A DNA stretch of 63,033 bases, counting the filler, from Octopus bimaculoides (lineage: Eukaryota): the NCBI RefSeq assembly GCF_001194135.2. It is 6 parts of 6 records of this genome, joined end to end, with 100 filler letters (N's around TTAATTAATTAA, not from the genome) between each part and the next. Parts side by side here need not be neighbours in the genome. Positions count along the whole stretch, not along the records: positions 9,282 to 15,048 come from NC_068988.1; positions 15,149 to 24,603 come from NC_068987.1; 4 more parts are not named here. One strand, written 5' to 3'. Below, piece after piece: positions 11,023-23,049 of the stretch (positions are counted from its first letter, which is position 1; every line of letters begins with the position of its first letter). A model generated the notes under the pieces. That model worked only from the letters and a program-made list of their open reading frames with translations, was not told where the DNA came from and searched no databases. Both the position numbers and the translations under genes were made by a program.

Positions 11023-13410
11023 AAAGTTAACCTCAGCTGGAAGGAATACGGCAAGGAGAAATACAGCAAGGTACTTTTTCCCAACACATCAACTTTTCGG
11101 ACTTTTCACCGCCTTTGGTTTGTAACGCCGCTGATTTATGCCTTTCTACATGGACATAATTTTATATGTTGCAAGTAGAGGCTGAGCTGTGTCCCTCTAC
11201 CTTGTAGATCTTCTCAATCTTTTCTTATTGCTTCTGATCATCGTGCCATGCTTAGAAGACTCTCTGCAAAGCAGTGTTCGACCTTCTTTCGCTGTTGTTT
11301 CATTTCTTTCCTCAGTACCCTTCGGAAGGATAGAATAATACAAGTCATATTCCTCGCATTTATCACCTTTTTATGGATAATTCTGATTATGAAATATCAA
11401 ACAAATATATTTGTATTGTATATGTCCATGTATGTATTTATATGTAATAGTAATATTCCTTCAGTATGGTTTGTCCAATACTTCAAACAGCTTAAATAGT
11501 TTTCTTTCCTCAATAAAATGTTACAAAAATGTAAAATTGAAGAATAAGACTATGTTACTTTTCTGTTCTTTCTCGAAGACTTTTGCAACGTAATTAAACT
11601 AATTAATTTTAACCGTTAATCAAATCAACATCAATCAATCGGTCCACTATCGAACTAATGTTTCTATTTATTTTGTTTTATTCTGTATCAAAATATCGAT
11701 TATTATGACGCTAGATGCAGACTTGATTAAGTCGAACAAATTTTTTTTTTTAATATTATTTGTTTTATTGATCCCGCAGAAATGAAAGGAGAGTTGGACC
11801 CCAGCAGTATTTGAACGCAAAACCTCGAACGACAGCACTAAATAGAGCACATCACTCTACTCTTTCGGTCAGCTCTCAACGCATGAAGTTTATTAAGAAA
11901 GTAATTTTCCACACGCAAAACAGGGCGAAAAATTAAGGAATAACCTTTATTATAGGACTCATTCTTCTCTCATGAACATAGATAATATGTTAGGTATTAT
12001 GAATACATAGAATTGCAAATGCCACCGGAATCGACTTTGCCTTTTATCATTTCTGGATCGATAAAACAATTACCATTTGATCCCTGGAGTCAATGTCATC
12101 GATTTTCTTCCCCTCAAAAATTGCTGGCCTTGTGCCAAAATTAGAAAAGATTGTGAGTTTCTGGAATGATGTAACTAAATGCTGCAAAATATTAATCCAA
12201 AATTACTATTACGCTCATATAACGATGAAAATAATGATTGTTTATTCAACAAACTTAAGTAGCGTCGATCTTTCTTAGAGCTTATATGATCGATCGCTTT
12301 GGAAATCTAAGTGCCGTAAACATGCATTCTTTTTATTTTATTATTTTTTATTTATCTATTGTTTTTTTTTTGCATAGACGCATGTAAGATAAACATGGTC
12401 ATTATTGTATTCTTCTAACCGTATACAAAAAGGACAATGCAGTGAAGACATTCGTTCCACGACCCAGTAATTCTCGCTCGATCTCAATGGGCGACACCTT
12501 CATCAATGTGTCTTCGAGCGTAGTTTTGTGAGGAAAGTTTAATAAACATAAAGTGTATAGATGTGTGACAGTAGATAATACTTGTTTTGGGATGTAAGCC
12601 TGACTGCCTAGGGAAATCCATTCTGATGCTAATCTCTGCCCAAATCTTCATACTGAAGATACTTACTTTTTTTCTTCTTCTTCTTCAGGCTCATAACACC
12701 TCTCAAATCTCCACGGGCATTTCCCTTTCGATTTTAAGTTTAAGATATCAGATTTCTGCCATTCATTGTGTTAACAGCTGTTAAATATTGATTTATCTCA
12801 AAATATGTGACTTAGAAAAACAGTTATAGTATTATGTATACAATTTATATCTAAATATCATACATCGTATATCTGCTTCGCAAAGAGATGTATTGCAGAA
12901 ACGTACATTTGAAAAAGATAATGTCGTCTATTGAAACTGATGCATCGACGAAGAGACTTCGCCTTTACTGACCGACTTTGATACTATCTGACAGATAACG
13001 CTAGTCTCTCTGTCAATATCATTTAGTATGTCACAGACTATGGGGAATTTGTCATCCCCTGAGACTTGTGTATGTGTGACTATTCCTTTTTTATATTTTA
13101 TAAGTATTTCTTCATGCTGATATGATATCACGTAGTGCTAAGATACAATTGTGTCATGTCTGTCTATGGTTTCTCCTTTCGTTAATACTAGCAACCAGAA
13201 ACAATAAGATTGATCGTTTCTTCACACATTTCATATATTTTGCAGTTTCGTTGTTGTTTTGTTATACATTTCTTCTCAATTTTTATCCTAAATTCTTGCG
13301 ATGAAATAGAATAAAATATATCTTCAAAGAACTATTAATGAAACTGAAGCAGAAAATTAATAAAAGCTATCATTAAGAGCAAGGAAGGAATAATGATTAT
13401 TTTTCACAAG

Positions 13411-13712
13411 GCGCATGGGTGGCTGTATGGTAAGAAGTATACTTCCCATCCACATGGTCCTGTGTTCAGTCCCACTATGTGGCACCCTGGGCAAGTGTTT
13501 CCTACTGTACCCTCGAGCCTATCAAAGACTTCTGAGTGGATTTGATAAATGGGAGCTGAAAGGAAGCCCGTCGTATGTCTATGTGCGTGTATTTCTCCCC
13601 CAACACTGCTTGGCAACTGGTGTTAGTATATTTACGTTTCCGTAACTTGGTCGGTTCAAAGCGGTGCCCCAGCATGGTCTCAGCCTAATGAATAAAACTA
13701 GTAAAAGATAAA
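13411..13712 (+). mobile_element. tRNA-derived SINE family A, diverged near-full copy
   Basis: Has the head gtggctgtatggtaag..gttcagtcccac, the core ctgggcaagtg..gtggatttg and the 3' end gcggtgccccagcatgg. Confidence 0.85.
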
Positions 13713-13824
13713 AAAAAAAGATCGAAACGACATATTTCAAGGTCGACAAAATATGTCCAATTCAAGAGGATAATCAATATAAAAATTTGAAGCCATTGAC
13801 ACGTAGGATATTACTAAGGTCGGT

Positions 13825-14165
13825 AAGGCAGCGAGATGGTAGAAACGTTAGTACGCCGGGCGAAATGCTTGGCGGTATTTCGTCTGTCTTGATGTTCTGG
13901 GGTCTATCCAATCGACTGGCCCTCTCCCCCAAAATGTCGGGCATTGTGCCTAGAGTAGAAAAGAATAGTTAACACGCTGGGCGAAATGATTAGCGGTGTT
14001 TCGTCTGCCGCTACGTTCTGAGTTCAAATTCCTCCGAGGTCGACTTTGCCTTTCATCCTTTCGGGGTCGATAAATTAAGTACCAGTTAAACACTGGGGTC
14101 AATGCAATCGACTATCTCCCTTCCCCCAAATCCCAGGCCTTGTGCTTATAGTAGACAGGAATATT
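13825..14165 (+). mobile_element. Two adjacent tRNA-derived SINE family B copies
   Basis: Two heads (gcgagatggtagaaacgttagtacgccggg; aacacgctgggcgaaatg). The central block ccgaggtcgactttgcctttcatcctttcggggtcgataaattaagtaccag resembles a Meta-type conserved SINE domain (from recall). Confidence 0.85.
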
Positions 14166-14283
14166 TAAGCTTACGTCGATTCCTCCATGGTGTTGCTTTG
14201 CATTTATAATAAAATAAATATATACAAATTACAAAAATAATAATTAAAAATATATACAATACAGTACTGTCTCTACTTCGCGG

Positions 14284-14316
<33 letters not shown>

Positions 14317-14429
14317 TTCACTGCCTGAAATTGAATCGGAATCTTGGGGTGAGTAGCCCGCGCTCTTAACCACTACGCCATATGCCCGTAGGCAAATATC
14401 CGTCAAATGTAAATAATGTAAATAATGTA
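14284..14429 (-). mobile_element. Second, truncated copy of the tRNA-headed composite element
   Basis: (TTA)n, then a tRNA-like unit at 14314-14387 (perfect A-box TGGCGTAGTGG, loop CT-ACT-CA), then the inverted tail gcaaatatccgtcaaatgtaaataatgtaaataatgta. Confidence 0.75.
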
Positions 14430-15013
14430 TCGGAAAGATATATTACAGAAAGATATTTTCTTGTAAAAGATATTGAAGCTGATACGCCGACGAAGAGACG
14501 TCGCCTTTACTGACCGACTTTGATGCTAACAGATTACGTTAGTCTCTCCCAATCAATATAATTTAATATATCCCAGATTATGGTAAACCAAAACACCAAT
14601 ACCAATTTATTCAGGCGTGACTGGCTGAACACCGATTCATCGAAATGACAAGAGAGACCATACACACAGCAAATGTGTGATCTGAAAGAGATTAAACTAC
14701 TGTTTCTATTATTTTTAAAGCTTATTTTGCTTGTTATTTTTCGGCGTAATTTATTATAAATTCTAAGCAAATTTAATAAAATAACTAAAATGTTTCGCGA
14801 AACCAAAATACCTGAACTGTTAAAGCAGACTGTGTGTTACTTAAAATGGTTGCTACCAAGTAGTTTTCCAGCTAGTTATATTAATTATTTTTGTATCTTT
14901 TTTTCTTTTTACGTTATTTAAAATTTTATTGAGTTTTATTTTTTATGCTTTACAATTTATTCTAAGTTGTTTCACTTTTCCTTTAGGCTAAGTATGATAT
15001 ATGTATGTATGTA

Positions 15014-15048
<35 letters not shown>

Positions 15049-15148
15049 NNNNNNNNNNNNNNNNNNNNNNNNNNNNNNNNNNNNNNNNNNNNTTAATTAA
15101 TTAANNNNNNNNNNNNNNNNNNNNNNNNNNNNNNNNNNNNNNNNNNNN

Positions 15149-16575
15149 CCTCCCAGTCAATTGCTGGCAAAATTTTTACATTGAGGAGCTTGGTTCCGGT
15201 GTCGCCCAGACCCCGGCGGAAAGAATCCTCTATCCACTCGGGCTTTATTCCAGGCGGCAACCCGCAGACCCAAGCCCTCGTTATTTTTTGTCCACAATAT
15301 GTGGGCAGAAACAAAATTTATTTGCCCTCAATGGGCCCACTCGCAAATTTGCGCGCTTCACTCGGGGAGTCAAAAAGCAACCACATGGTTGCATATTTGA
15401 CTCCCCTTGAAATATATTTAAAGTTGGCATTAACATTCGTAAGTTCCTTTTCAATAATAGTTTGAAGAAAGACAGTGACGCTATCCAACACCTTTGAGTA
15501 GGTCCGGAGCGGCACTGTTCTTTCCTCCATTTCATTCAACTACTGCTTGGGTGGGCACAGTTCCCACTCCAAGACAGTGTTTCCCTTTCTTGCCATGCTT
15601 GCAAAAAAAAAATGTACAACAAAAAAGTTCAGAAAATAGTTCACAAACAAGTTCAACAAAAATGTTCACAAAAAACAAACTAAATACAAAAGAACAGAAG
15701 ACAGAGCAGAGAAAAGGAAAGAAGGAAGACAGTTTAAGTCAAGGCAACACAATTCCGGCCACCAGCAATACCTATAGGTATTCCAATAAAGGGATTCCAA
15801 TAAAGGTACTCCAAAATAAAAGTATTCCAGTAAAGGTATTCCAATAACGGTAATCCAGGGCCACAGCAGCAACATTTTCACAAGTTTTNNNNNNNNNNNN
15901 NNNNNNNNNNNNNNNNNNNNNNNNNNNNNNNNNNNNNNNNNNNNNNNNNNNNNNNNNNNNNNNNNNNNNNNNNNNNNNNNNNNNNNNNNNNNNNNNNNNN
16001 NNNNNNNNNNNNNNNNNNNNNNNNNNNNNNNNNNNNNNNNNNNNNNNNNNNNNNNNNNNNNNNNNNNNNNNNNNNNNNNNNNNNNNNNNNNNNNNNNNNN
16101 NNNNNNNNNNNNNNNNNNNNNNNNNNNNNNNNNNNNNNNNNNNNNNNNNNNNNNNNNNNNNNNNNNNNNNNNNNNNNNNNNNNNNNNNNNNNNNNNNNNN
16201 NNNNNNNNNNNNNNNNNNNNNNNNNNNNNNNNNNNNNNNNNNNNNNNNNNNNNNNNNNNNNNNNNNNNNNNNNNNNTTTCGCTCCAGTGGGCAAGCGAAC
16301 CCGCCTCCCACAAACAGCGAATACAAAATTTGTTCGTACAACGAACACACAAAAGACTCGCCAAGGAAAGCGAAGATGCCACACCGCTGGACAATAATTT
16401 ACTAAAAAAATAAATAGAAGCAATAAATTGCTGCCCAGCTGAGCAACAAAAACGACTTACCCCGGCGAATTCTTCAATTTTTCCTTCTATAGACAGAGCC
16501 GAAAACCATGTCTATCTTCGTTCACAATAAGTAACCAGTCTGGCGCACATGTGCAGTGAGCAAACCGGAAGTAAT
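15149..16575 (-). mobile_element. Putative 5' region of a non-LTR retrotransposon (5' UTR plus ORF1-like remnant), gap-interrupted
   Basis: ORFs 15539-15318 and 15314-15149 are in frame, separated by one TAA: ..KYISRGVKYATMWLLFDSPSEARKFASGPIEGK*ILFLPTYCGQKITRAWVCGLPPGIKPEWIEDSF. This resembles RRM-type ORF1 proteins. An ACTTCCGG motif lies near the presumed 5' end (~16570). Confidence 0.45.
15777..15859. repeat. Six ~14-bp tandem units (ggtattccaataaa)
   Basis: Directly visible. Confidence 0.85.
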
Positions 16576-16670
16576 CAAGCTACTTACTACACACAGCCAC
16601 TCCTACGCCTATATATATGAACATACATGAAATATATATATACACGCACAAACACACACTCACATACCTG

Positions 16671-16707
<37 letters not shown>

Positions 16708-17084
16708 GTGTGCGTGTGTTTGTGCATGTGTGTATCAACGTTCCCTACTGTTTTAATTCAATTTTACCACCATATCTTGCGTTGAAAATAACAACGACGT
16801 TTGTAAACATGTGCCTGGAGACGCATTTCTGTATGTACTTTTAGAAAGTGGTAAATTAATAGCTAAATATAGACGTGGCTGTAATTGTTGACTTATACTG
16901 CAGTGTTGTAATATGTATAATACGGATTCCTGTGAAGTTTCCCGGAAATTTGATGCCTCATGATTATTATTTTTAAAAAAGGTTGGTGGAACCTTCACTT
17001 AATATTGGTCGGGAAAAATCCAAGCTCTACCTTTGAAAAACGACGTGTTTTGGTGATGCATGCACACACAAACGTGTGTATTTG

Positions 17085-17116
<32 letters not shown>

Positions 17117-17123
17117 CGTGCGC

Positions 17124-17735
17124 AGGCGTGGCTGTATATGGTAAGAATGTGTGGTAAGAAGCGAGCTGGCAGAAACGTTAGCACGCCGGGCGAAATACTT
17201 AGCAGTATTTCGTCTGTCTTTACGTTCTGAGTTCATCCTTTCGGGGTCGATAAATTAAGTACCAGTCACGCACTGGGGTTGATGTAATCGACTTAACCCC
17301 TTTGTCTGTCCTTGTTCGTCCCCTCTATGTTTAGCCCCTTGTGGGCAATAAAGAAATAAGAAGCTTGTTTCCCAACCACAGGGTCCGGTTTCAGACCCAC
17401 TCCGTGACACCTTGGGCAAGTATCTTTTGCTATAGCTTCGGGCCGATCAAAGTCATAAGAGTGGACTTGGTAGACGGAAACTGAAAGAAGCACGTCGTTC
17501 ATATATATATATATGTGTGTGTGTTTGTGTCTATGTTTGTCCCCCCACCCCCATAATCACTTCACAACCAATGCTGGTGTATCTACGTCCTCGAAAACTA
17601 GCGGTTCGGCAAAAGAGACCGATAGAATAAGTACTAGGCTTACAAAGCATAAGTCCTGAGGTCGATTTCTTCCACTAAAGGCGGTGCTCCACCATGGCCG
17701 CAGCCAAATGACTAAAACCAGTAAAGCAATAAAGG
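17124..17735 (+). mobile_element. SINE family A copy interrupted by a nested SINE family B copy (17163-17356)
   Basis: The A head is split after gtggtaagaagc and resumes at aagcttgtttcccaacc. TSD TAAGAAGC at 17155-17162 and 17357-17364. Confidence 0.85.
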
Positions 17736-18285
17736 AATATATATATATAATAAAAGATCAAACCCGAACATAGTCGTGCCTTTGATATAAAGCAGTTGCT
17801 CACACACATCTATATAGACATGGTGTGCATTATATTAAAAATTCTACCATGTTCGTTTGAGATTTATCTTTAACATTTCATTTTGATTCATTGTTTAGTG
17901 AAGAAAAATAGTGTTCCTAGTTATTATTCCATTAAAGTTCCTATACATTCTCCGCCACACCATCGAAATAACCTTTTGGTTATACGTATTGTTCCTGCAC
18001 TTTGAAGCAGGTCACAAAGTATCATAGAAATAATGATATAAATTCTAAAATCATTAACGTCCTATTTTAAAATTACACAACAGTAAATTCTGATTCATTT
18101 TATAATTTATTTTACGTGTGGTGAACCAGTCTGTTGACGTTTGGCTTATATTTTACTATTATCAAAACTTCCATAATCATTCTTATATCGAATTCCTATT
18201 TTGAGGAATTCTATGTAAATGTTTAATACTCTCCACTAATATCTTTCTCTGCAATTATATTTTCCTTACTACATTATTAGTTACA

Positions 18286-18665
18286 GTGGAGGCGCAATGA
18301 TCCAGTGGTTAGGGCAGCGGACTCGCGGTCATAGGATCGTGGTTTCGATTACCAAACCAGGCGTTGGGTGTGTTTATTGAGCGAAAACACCTAAAGCTCC
18401 ACGAGGCTCCGGCAGGAGATGGTGGCGAACCCTGCTGTACTCTTTCACCACAATTTTCTCTTACTTCCTGTTTCTGTTGTGCCTGTAATTTAAAGGGCCA
18501 GCCTTGTCACACTATGTTACGCTGAATATCCCCGAGAACTACATTAAGGGTACACGTGTCTGTGGAATGCTCAGCCACTTGTACGTTAATTTCAGGAGCA
18601 GGCTGTTCCGTTGATTAGATCAACTGGAACACTCGACGTTGTAAGCGACGGAGTGCCAACAACGA
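18286..18665 (+). mobile_element. tRNA-derived SINE family C, full length with 11-bp TSD
   Basis: Has the tRNA-like head ggaggcgcaatgatccagtggttagggcagcggactcgcggtc..gtttcgatt and the 3' end gcgacggagtgccaacaac. TSD TATTAGTTACA at 18275-18285 and 18666-18676. Confidence 0.85.
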
Positions 18666-18690
18666 TATTAGTTACAATGACTTCGTGTTA

Positions 18691-18909
18691 CTCGGGGGAG
18701 TATTGAAAAGTTCCTGGCTTTAAGGGTATGCCGAAAGGCCTAGCTGGAGGTCCAACTTTTTGAGTTCCTTTTATAGGACTTAAAAAAACTGAAGGACCGC
18801 AACAATAAGTGTGTGAATCTGAAAGTGGAATATGTTAAATAAAATCATATTCAGCTGATCCTCCTGTATTTTCTTTTACCTGAATCAGGAACTTTTCAGA
18901 ACCCCCTCG
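18691..18909 (+). mobile_element. Mariner-derived MITE
   Basis: TA flanks. Imperfect TIRs (ctcgggggagtattgaaaagttcctg / caggaacttttcagaaccccctcg). The internal remnant aagtgtgtgaatctgaaagtggaatatgtt resembles the mariner C-terminus KCV.L.GEYV. Confidence 0.8.
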
Positions 18910-19258
18910 TAAATGCATGTTCAACCTACGAGATAGCGCGATGTTTATGTGTGCACTGAAACGGATTCAGTCTTGAAGTTTACAGCTTTCGTGTTTACAT
19001 TCATGTTAAAACTTAGGTAAATAAGTTATTTTTCATTAAACATAACTTGTCCGGGAAATTTGATAGCACCTCTCACTTGAAGTTATGTCAGAAAGACCAA
19101 AGTAAAGCAAAGTCTAAGGAGGGCTAGTAAGCTGGAATTATGAGGTCACAGCAGAATTTTTCTTGGTAAAATTAACGGATATGTATTTTATAAAAATATT
19201 GTGATTCTTCAGTTTTGTGTCATTGTTTCATAGAAAAAAAACTATATATATATAGCCG

Positions 19259-19503
19259 TAGGAGTGGCTGTGTGGTAAGTAGCTTGCTTACCAACCACAT
19301 GGTTCCGGGTTCAGTCCCACTGCGTGGCACATTGGGCAAGTGTCTTCTACTGTAGCCTCGGACCGATCAAAGCCTTGTGAGTGGATTTGGTAGACGGAAA
19401 CTGAAAGAAGCCCGTCGTATATATGTATATATATATATGTATGTGTGTATGTGTTTGTGTGTCTGTGTTTGCCCCCCCCCACATCGCTTGACAACCGATG
19501 CTT
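19259..19503 (+). mobile_element. SINE family A, well-preserved 5' two-thirds, cut by a gap
   Basis: taggagtggctgtgtggtaagtagcttgcttaccaaccacatggttccgggttcagtcccactgcgtggc...ggtagacggaaactgaaagaagcccgtcg. Confidence 0.9.
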
Positions 19504-19874
19504 NNNNNNNNNNNNNNNNNNNNNNNNNNNNNNNNNNNNNNNNNNNNNNNNNNNNNNNNNNNNNNNNNNNNNNNNNNNNNNNNNNNNNNNNNNNNNNNNN
19601 NNNNNNNNNNNNNNNNNNNNNNNNNNNNNNNNNNNNNNNNNNNNNNNNNNNNNNNNNNNNNNNNNNNNNNNNNNNNNNNNNNNNNNNNNNNNNNNNNNNN
19701 NNNNNNNNNNNNNNNNNNNNNNNNNNNNNNNNNNNNNNNNNNNNNNNNNNNNNNNNNNNNNNNNNNNNNNNNNNNNNNNNNNNNNNNNNNNNNNNNNNNN
19801 NNNNNNNNNNNNNNNNNNNNNNNNNNNNNNNNNNNNNNNNNNNNNNNNNNNNNNNNNNNNNNNNNNNNNNNNNN

Positions 19875-19960
<86 letters not shown>

Positions 19961-19989
19961 CATGCATGCATACCTACATACATACATAC

Positions 19990-20632
19990 ATACATACTTA
20001 TATGGGTACAGGACGTCACCAACAGTGCAAATAACATAAAATATATAAACAAAGGAGGAAAGATCGTGTGAAATACGTAGACAACAAGAAAAAATGGAAA
20101 ACAGGACAAGTAAGCACAGAGAAACGACCCTTCATCAGTTGTCAACTGATTATCTACTCCTCATTTCGAGCATTCTATGATAATATGACTGTTCAAAGAC
20201 AGTTGCTCTCATAAATTCTAAAATAAAATTCAGAATTTATGGAGGGTCAAAGTTGGGAAGAAAAACAGAACAGTGGAGACATACAAGGAAACCGAACGAA
20301 AACAAGCATGGAGGGTTGTTAAACCAGAACGAGCGGAAAATAGTGAACGCTGGGAAAAATATTTTTTGGAAAGAGAAAAGATAGAAGTTAGAGAGAGAAA
20401 AAAACACGTCCGTCCTTTTAAAAGTCCGTGCAAGAAAAGAAAGATGGTCACGTAAGGAATAGAAAGATGGACGATGGTCACGAGTGAGCACCTGTCTTTG
20501 AGGAGTCGTATTGTCGTTAAATGCTCGAAAGGAGGAATACATATACAACCGACAACCGATGAAGGGTCCTTTCTCTGTGTTTACTAACCCTGTTTTCCAT
20601 TTTTCCTCGTTGTTTACGTATTTCAAGAAACA
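19990..20632. mobile_element. pLTR-like repeat carrying a ~140-bp inverted repeat (20070-20209 vs 20491-20632)
   Basis: The arms align by eye (tgaaatacgta..aatggaaaacagg..gacccttcatc.gttgtc..tttcgagcatt..caaagacag.tgctc). The right arm abuts the Penelope endonuclease fragment. Confidence 0.7.
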
Positions 20633-21445
20633 ATGAGGTATTCAACATCATCATCCAAAATCTATCCATTCTCACTGGAGATGAAACAATGAACGGAATT
20701 TTGGGCTCACACAAAATTATCAAATGCAAAGTGCAACAGAAATCATTGAAAAAAAATATTAACCGGCGCAAGATTATGACAATGGAAACAAAAGTGGAAA
20801 AATACGGGTGGCATATCTGTAGCAGATGCCCCCACCTTTTGGAGGGTACAAAATTTCACTTCAAACAATGTGAAATATTTGAGATAAAGTCAAATCTCAC
20901 TTGTGCCTCTGAAAACCTAATTTATGTTATTACCTGTTTAGATTGCAGAAACTGCTATATAGGCCAAACATGAATGTCCCTCAGACGAAGAACAACGCTT
21001 CACAAAGGACAAATCCAATTCCCATAATATAGACAGATACAGATCAGTGACCACATAGAGGTGCTAGGAACCTTAAACCAAACTTCCTAATTTTCCCTTT
21101 TTTTTCTATGTTCCCAGAACACCTCAGTGAAACAAAGAATAAATAAAGAGGCAATTTTCTTTAATAAATATCAACCACAATTTAACATAAACACACAACT
21201 TAATACAGGACACGACTAACATTACTAATACCAATAATCTCACTAATCCCCATACATCCCATATACCATTCATACTCTATTACTCATATTATCTTAATTG
21301 CAGCACTTTCAGAAGTGCTTACCTCCCTTGCATGCACTCTTTTCACTCAGGTAGTATTAGACCCAACACCGTTTGGAAATCGGTGTTGATTCAAATCAGT
21401 GAATAGCGCTAACGAAACCGGTATGACTTCTTATATTGACTGATG
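20633..21445 (+). mobile_element. Penelope-like element 3' fragment: Zn-finger linker + GIY-YIG endonuclease + 3' UTR
   Basis: HICSRCPHLLEG..FEIKSNLTCASENLIYVITCLDCRNCYIGQT*MSLRRRTTLHKGQI..ISDHIE. An eroded hammerhead-like remnant aatca gtgaata..GAAAC CG GTA tga lies at 21394-21428. Confidence 0.85.
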
Positions 21446-21464
21446 ATAATGATGTTTATACTTC

Positions 21465-21684
21465 TTATTCCTTTATTGCCCACAAGGGGCTATACACAGA
21501 GGGGACAAACAAGGACAGACAAAGGGATTAAGTCGATTACATCAACCCCAGTGCGTAACTGGTACTTAATTTATCGACCCCGAAAGGAAGAAAGGCAAAG
21601 TCGACCTCGGCGGAATTTGAACTCAAAACATAACGGCAGACGAAATACCGCTAAGCATTTCGCCTGGCGTGCCAACGTTTCTTA
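21465..21684 (-). mobile_element. SINE family B, near-full copy
   Basis: Reverse complement of the 31357/31701 copies including the 3' end cttgtgggcaataaag. Confidence 0.9.
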
Positions 21685-22480
21685 ATTCCACCTCAGATCA
21701 TTTATTTGTATTCATATATCTTTGTTTCTATTTAAAAAAGCTATTAATTTTATACCTAGTGTCCATTTTCTTTGTTTCTTTTTACNNNNNNNNNNNNNNN
21801 NNNNNNNNNNNNNNNNNNNNNNNNNNNNNNNNNNNNNNNNNNNNNNNNNNNNNNNNNNNNNNNNNNNNNNNNNNNNNNNNNNNNNNNNNNNNNNNNNNNN
21901 NNNNNNNNNNNNNNNNNNNNNNNNNNNNNNNNNNNNNNNNNNNNNNNNNNNNNNNNNNNNNNNNNNNNNNNNNNNNNNNNNNNNNNNNNNNNNNNNNNNN
22001 NNNNNNNNNNNNNNNNNNNNNNNNNNNNNNNNNNNNNNNNNNNNNNNNNNNNNNNNNNNNNNNNNNNNNNNNNNNNNNNNNNNNNNNNNNNNNNNNNNNN
22101 NNNNNNNNNNNNNNNNNNNNNNNNNNNNNNNNNNNNNNNNNNNNNNNNNNNNNNNNNNNNNNNNNNNNNNNNNNNNNNNNNNNNNNNNNNNNNNNNNNNN
22201 NNNNNNNNNNNNNNNNNNNNNNNNNNNNNNNNNNNNNNNNNNNNNNNNNNNNNNNNNNNNNNNNNNNNNNNNNNNNNNNNNNNNNNNNNNNNNNNNNNNN
22301 NNNNNNNNNNNNNNNNNNNNNNNNNNNNNNNNNNNNNNNNNNNNNNNNNNNNNNNNNNNNNNNNNNNNNNNNNNNNNNNNNNNNNNNNNNNNNNNNNNNN
22401 NNNNNNNNNNNNNNNNNNNNNNNNNNNNNNNNNNNNNNNNNNNNNNNNNNNNNNNNNNNNNNNNNNNNNNNNNNNNNNNN

Positions 22481-22545
<65 letters not shown>

Positions 22546-22846
22546 AGTTCTTCCGAGTCTGTGTAACTGTAACGAATGTGTATAATAGGAATTAATCGCA
22601 GTGATTTGTTTGGAAATAACAATTGAAAGACTGATATTTCGCAGAATTTTTCCTGAAAGATGATATCCGAAGCAAAACTATAATTGTGATATCAATGAAG
22701 AAAAAAATTCGAAGAAGTCATTGTGGGGATGTTAACATAATGACATTTTTATCTAAAGATTATTTATCTGAAAAAGAAACTAACGTGCATACGCTCATAC
22801 ATACATAGACATGCATCTACATATAAACACACACACACACACATGC

Positions 22847-22933
<87 letters not shown>

Positions 22934-23013
22934 AACATAAACACATATATGTGTACATATATATATATATACAAACAAACACATGTATACTCACACGTAT
23001 GTCACTTTCATGC

Positions 23014-23049
<36 letters not shown>

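Noticed and set aside
18286-18360. tRNA-like heads of SINE families A-D as functional tRNA genes
   Set aside because: They run into SINE bodies, one has a TSD, and the cloverleaf stems are broken.
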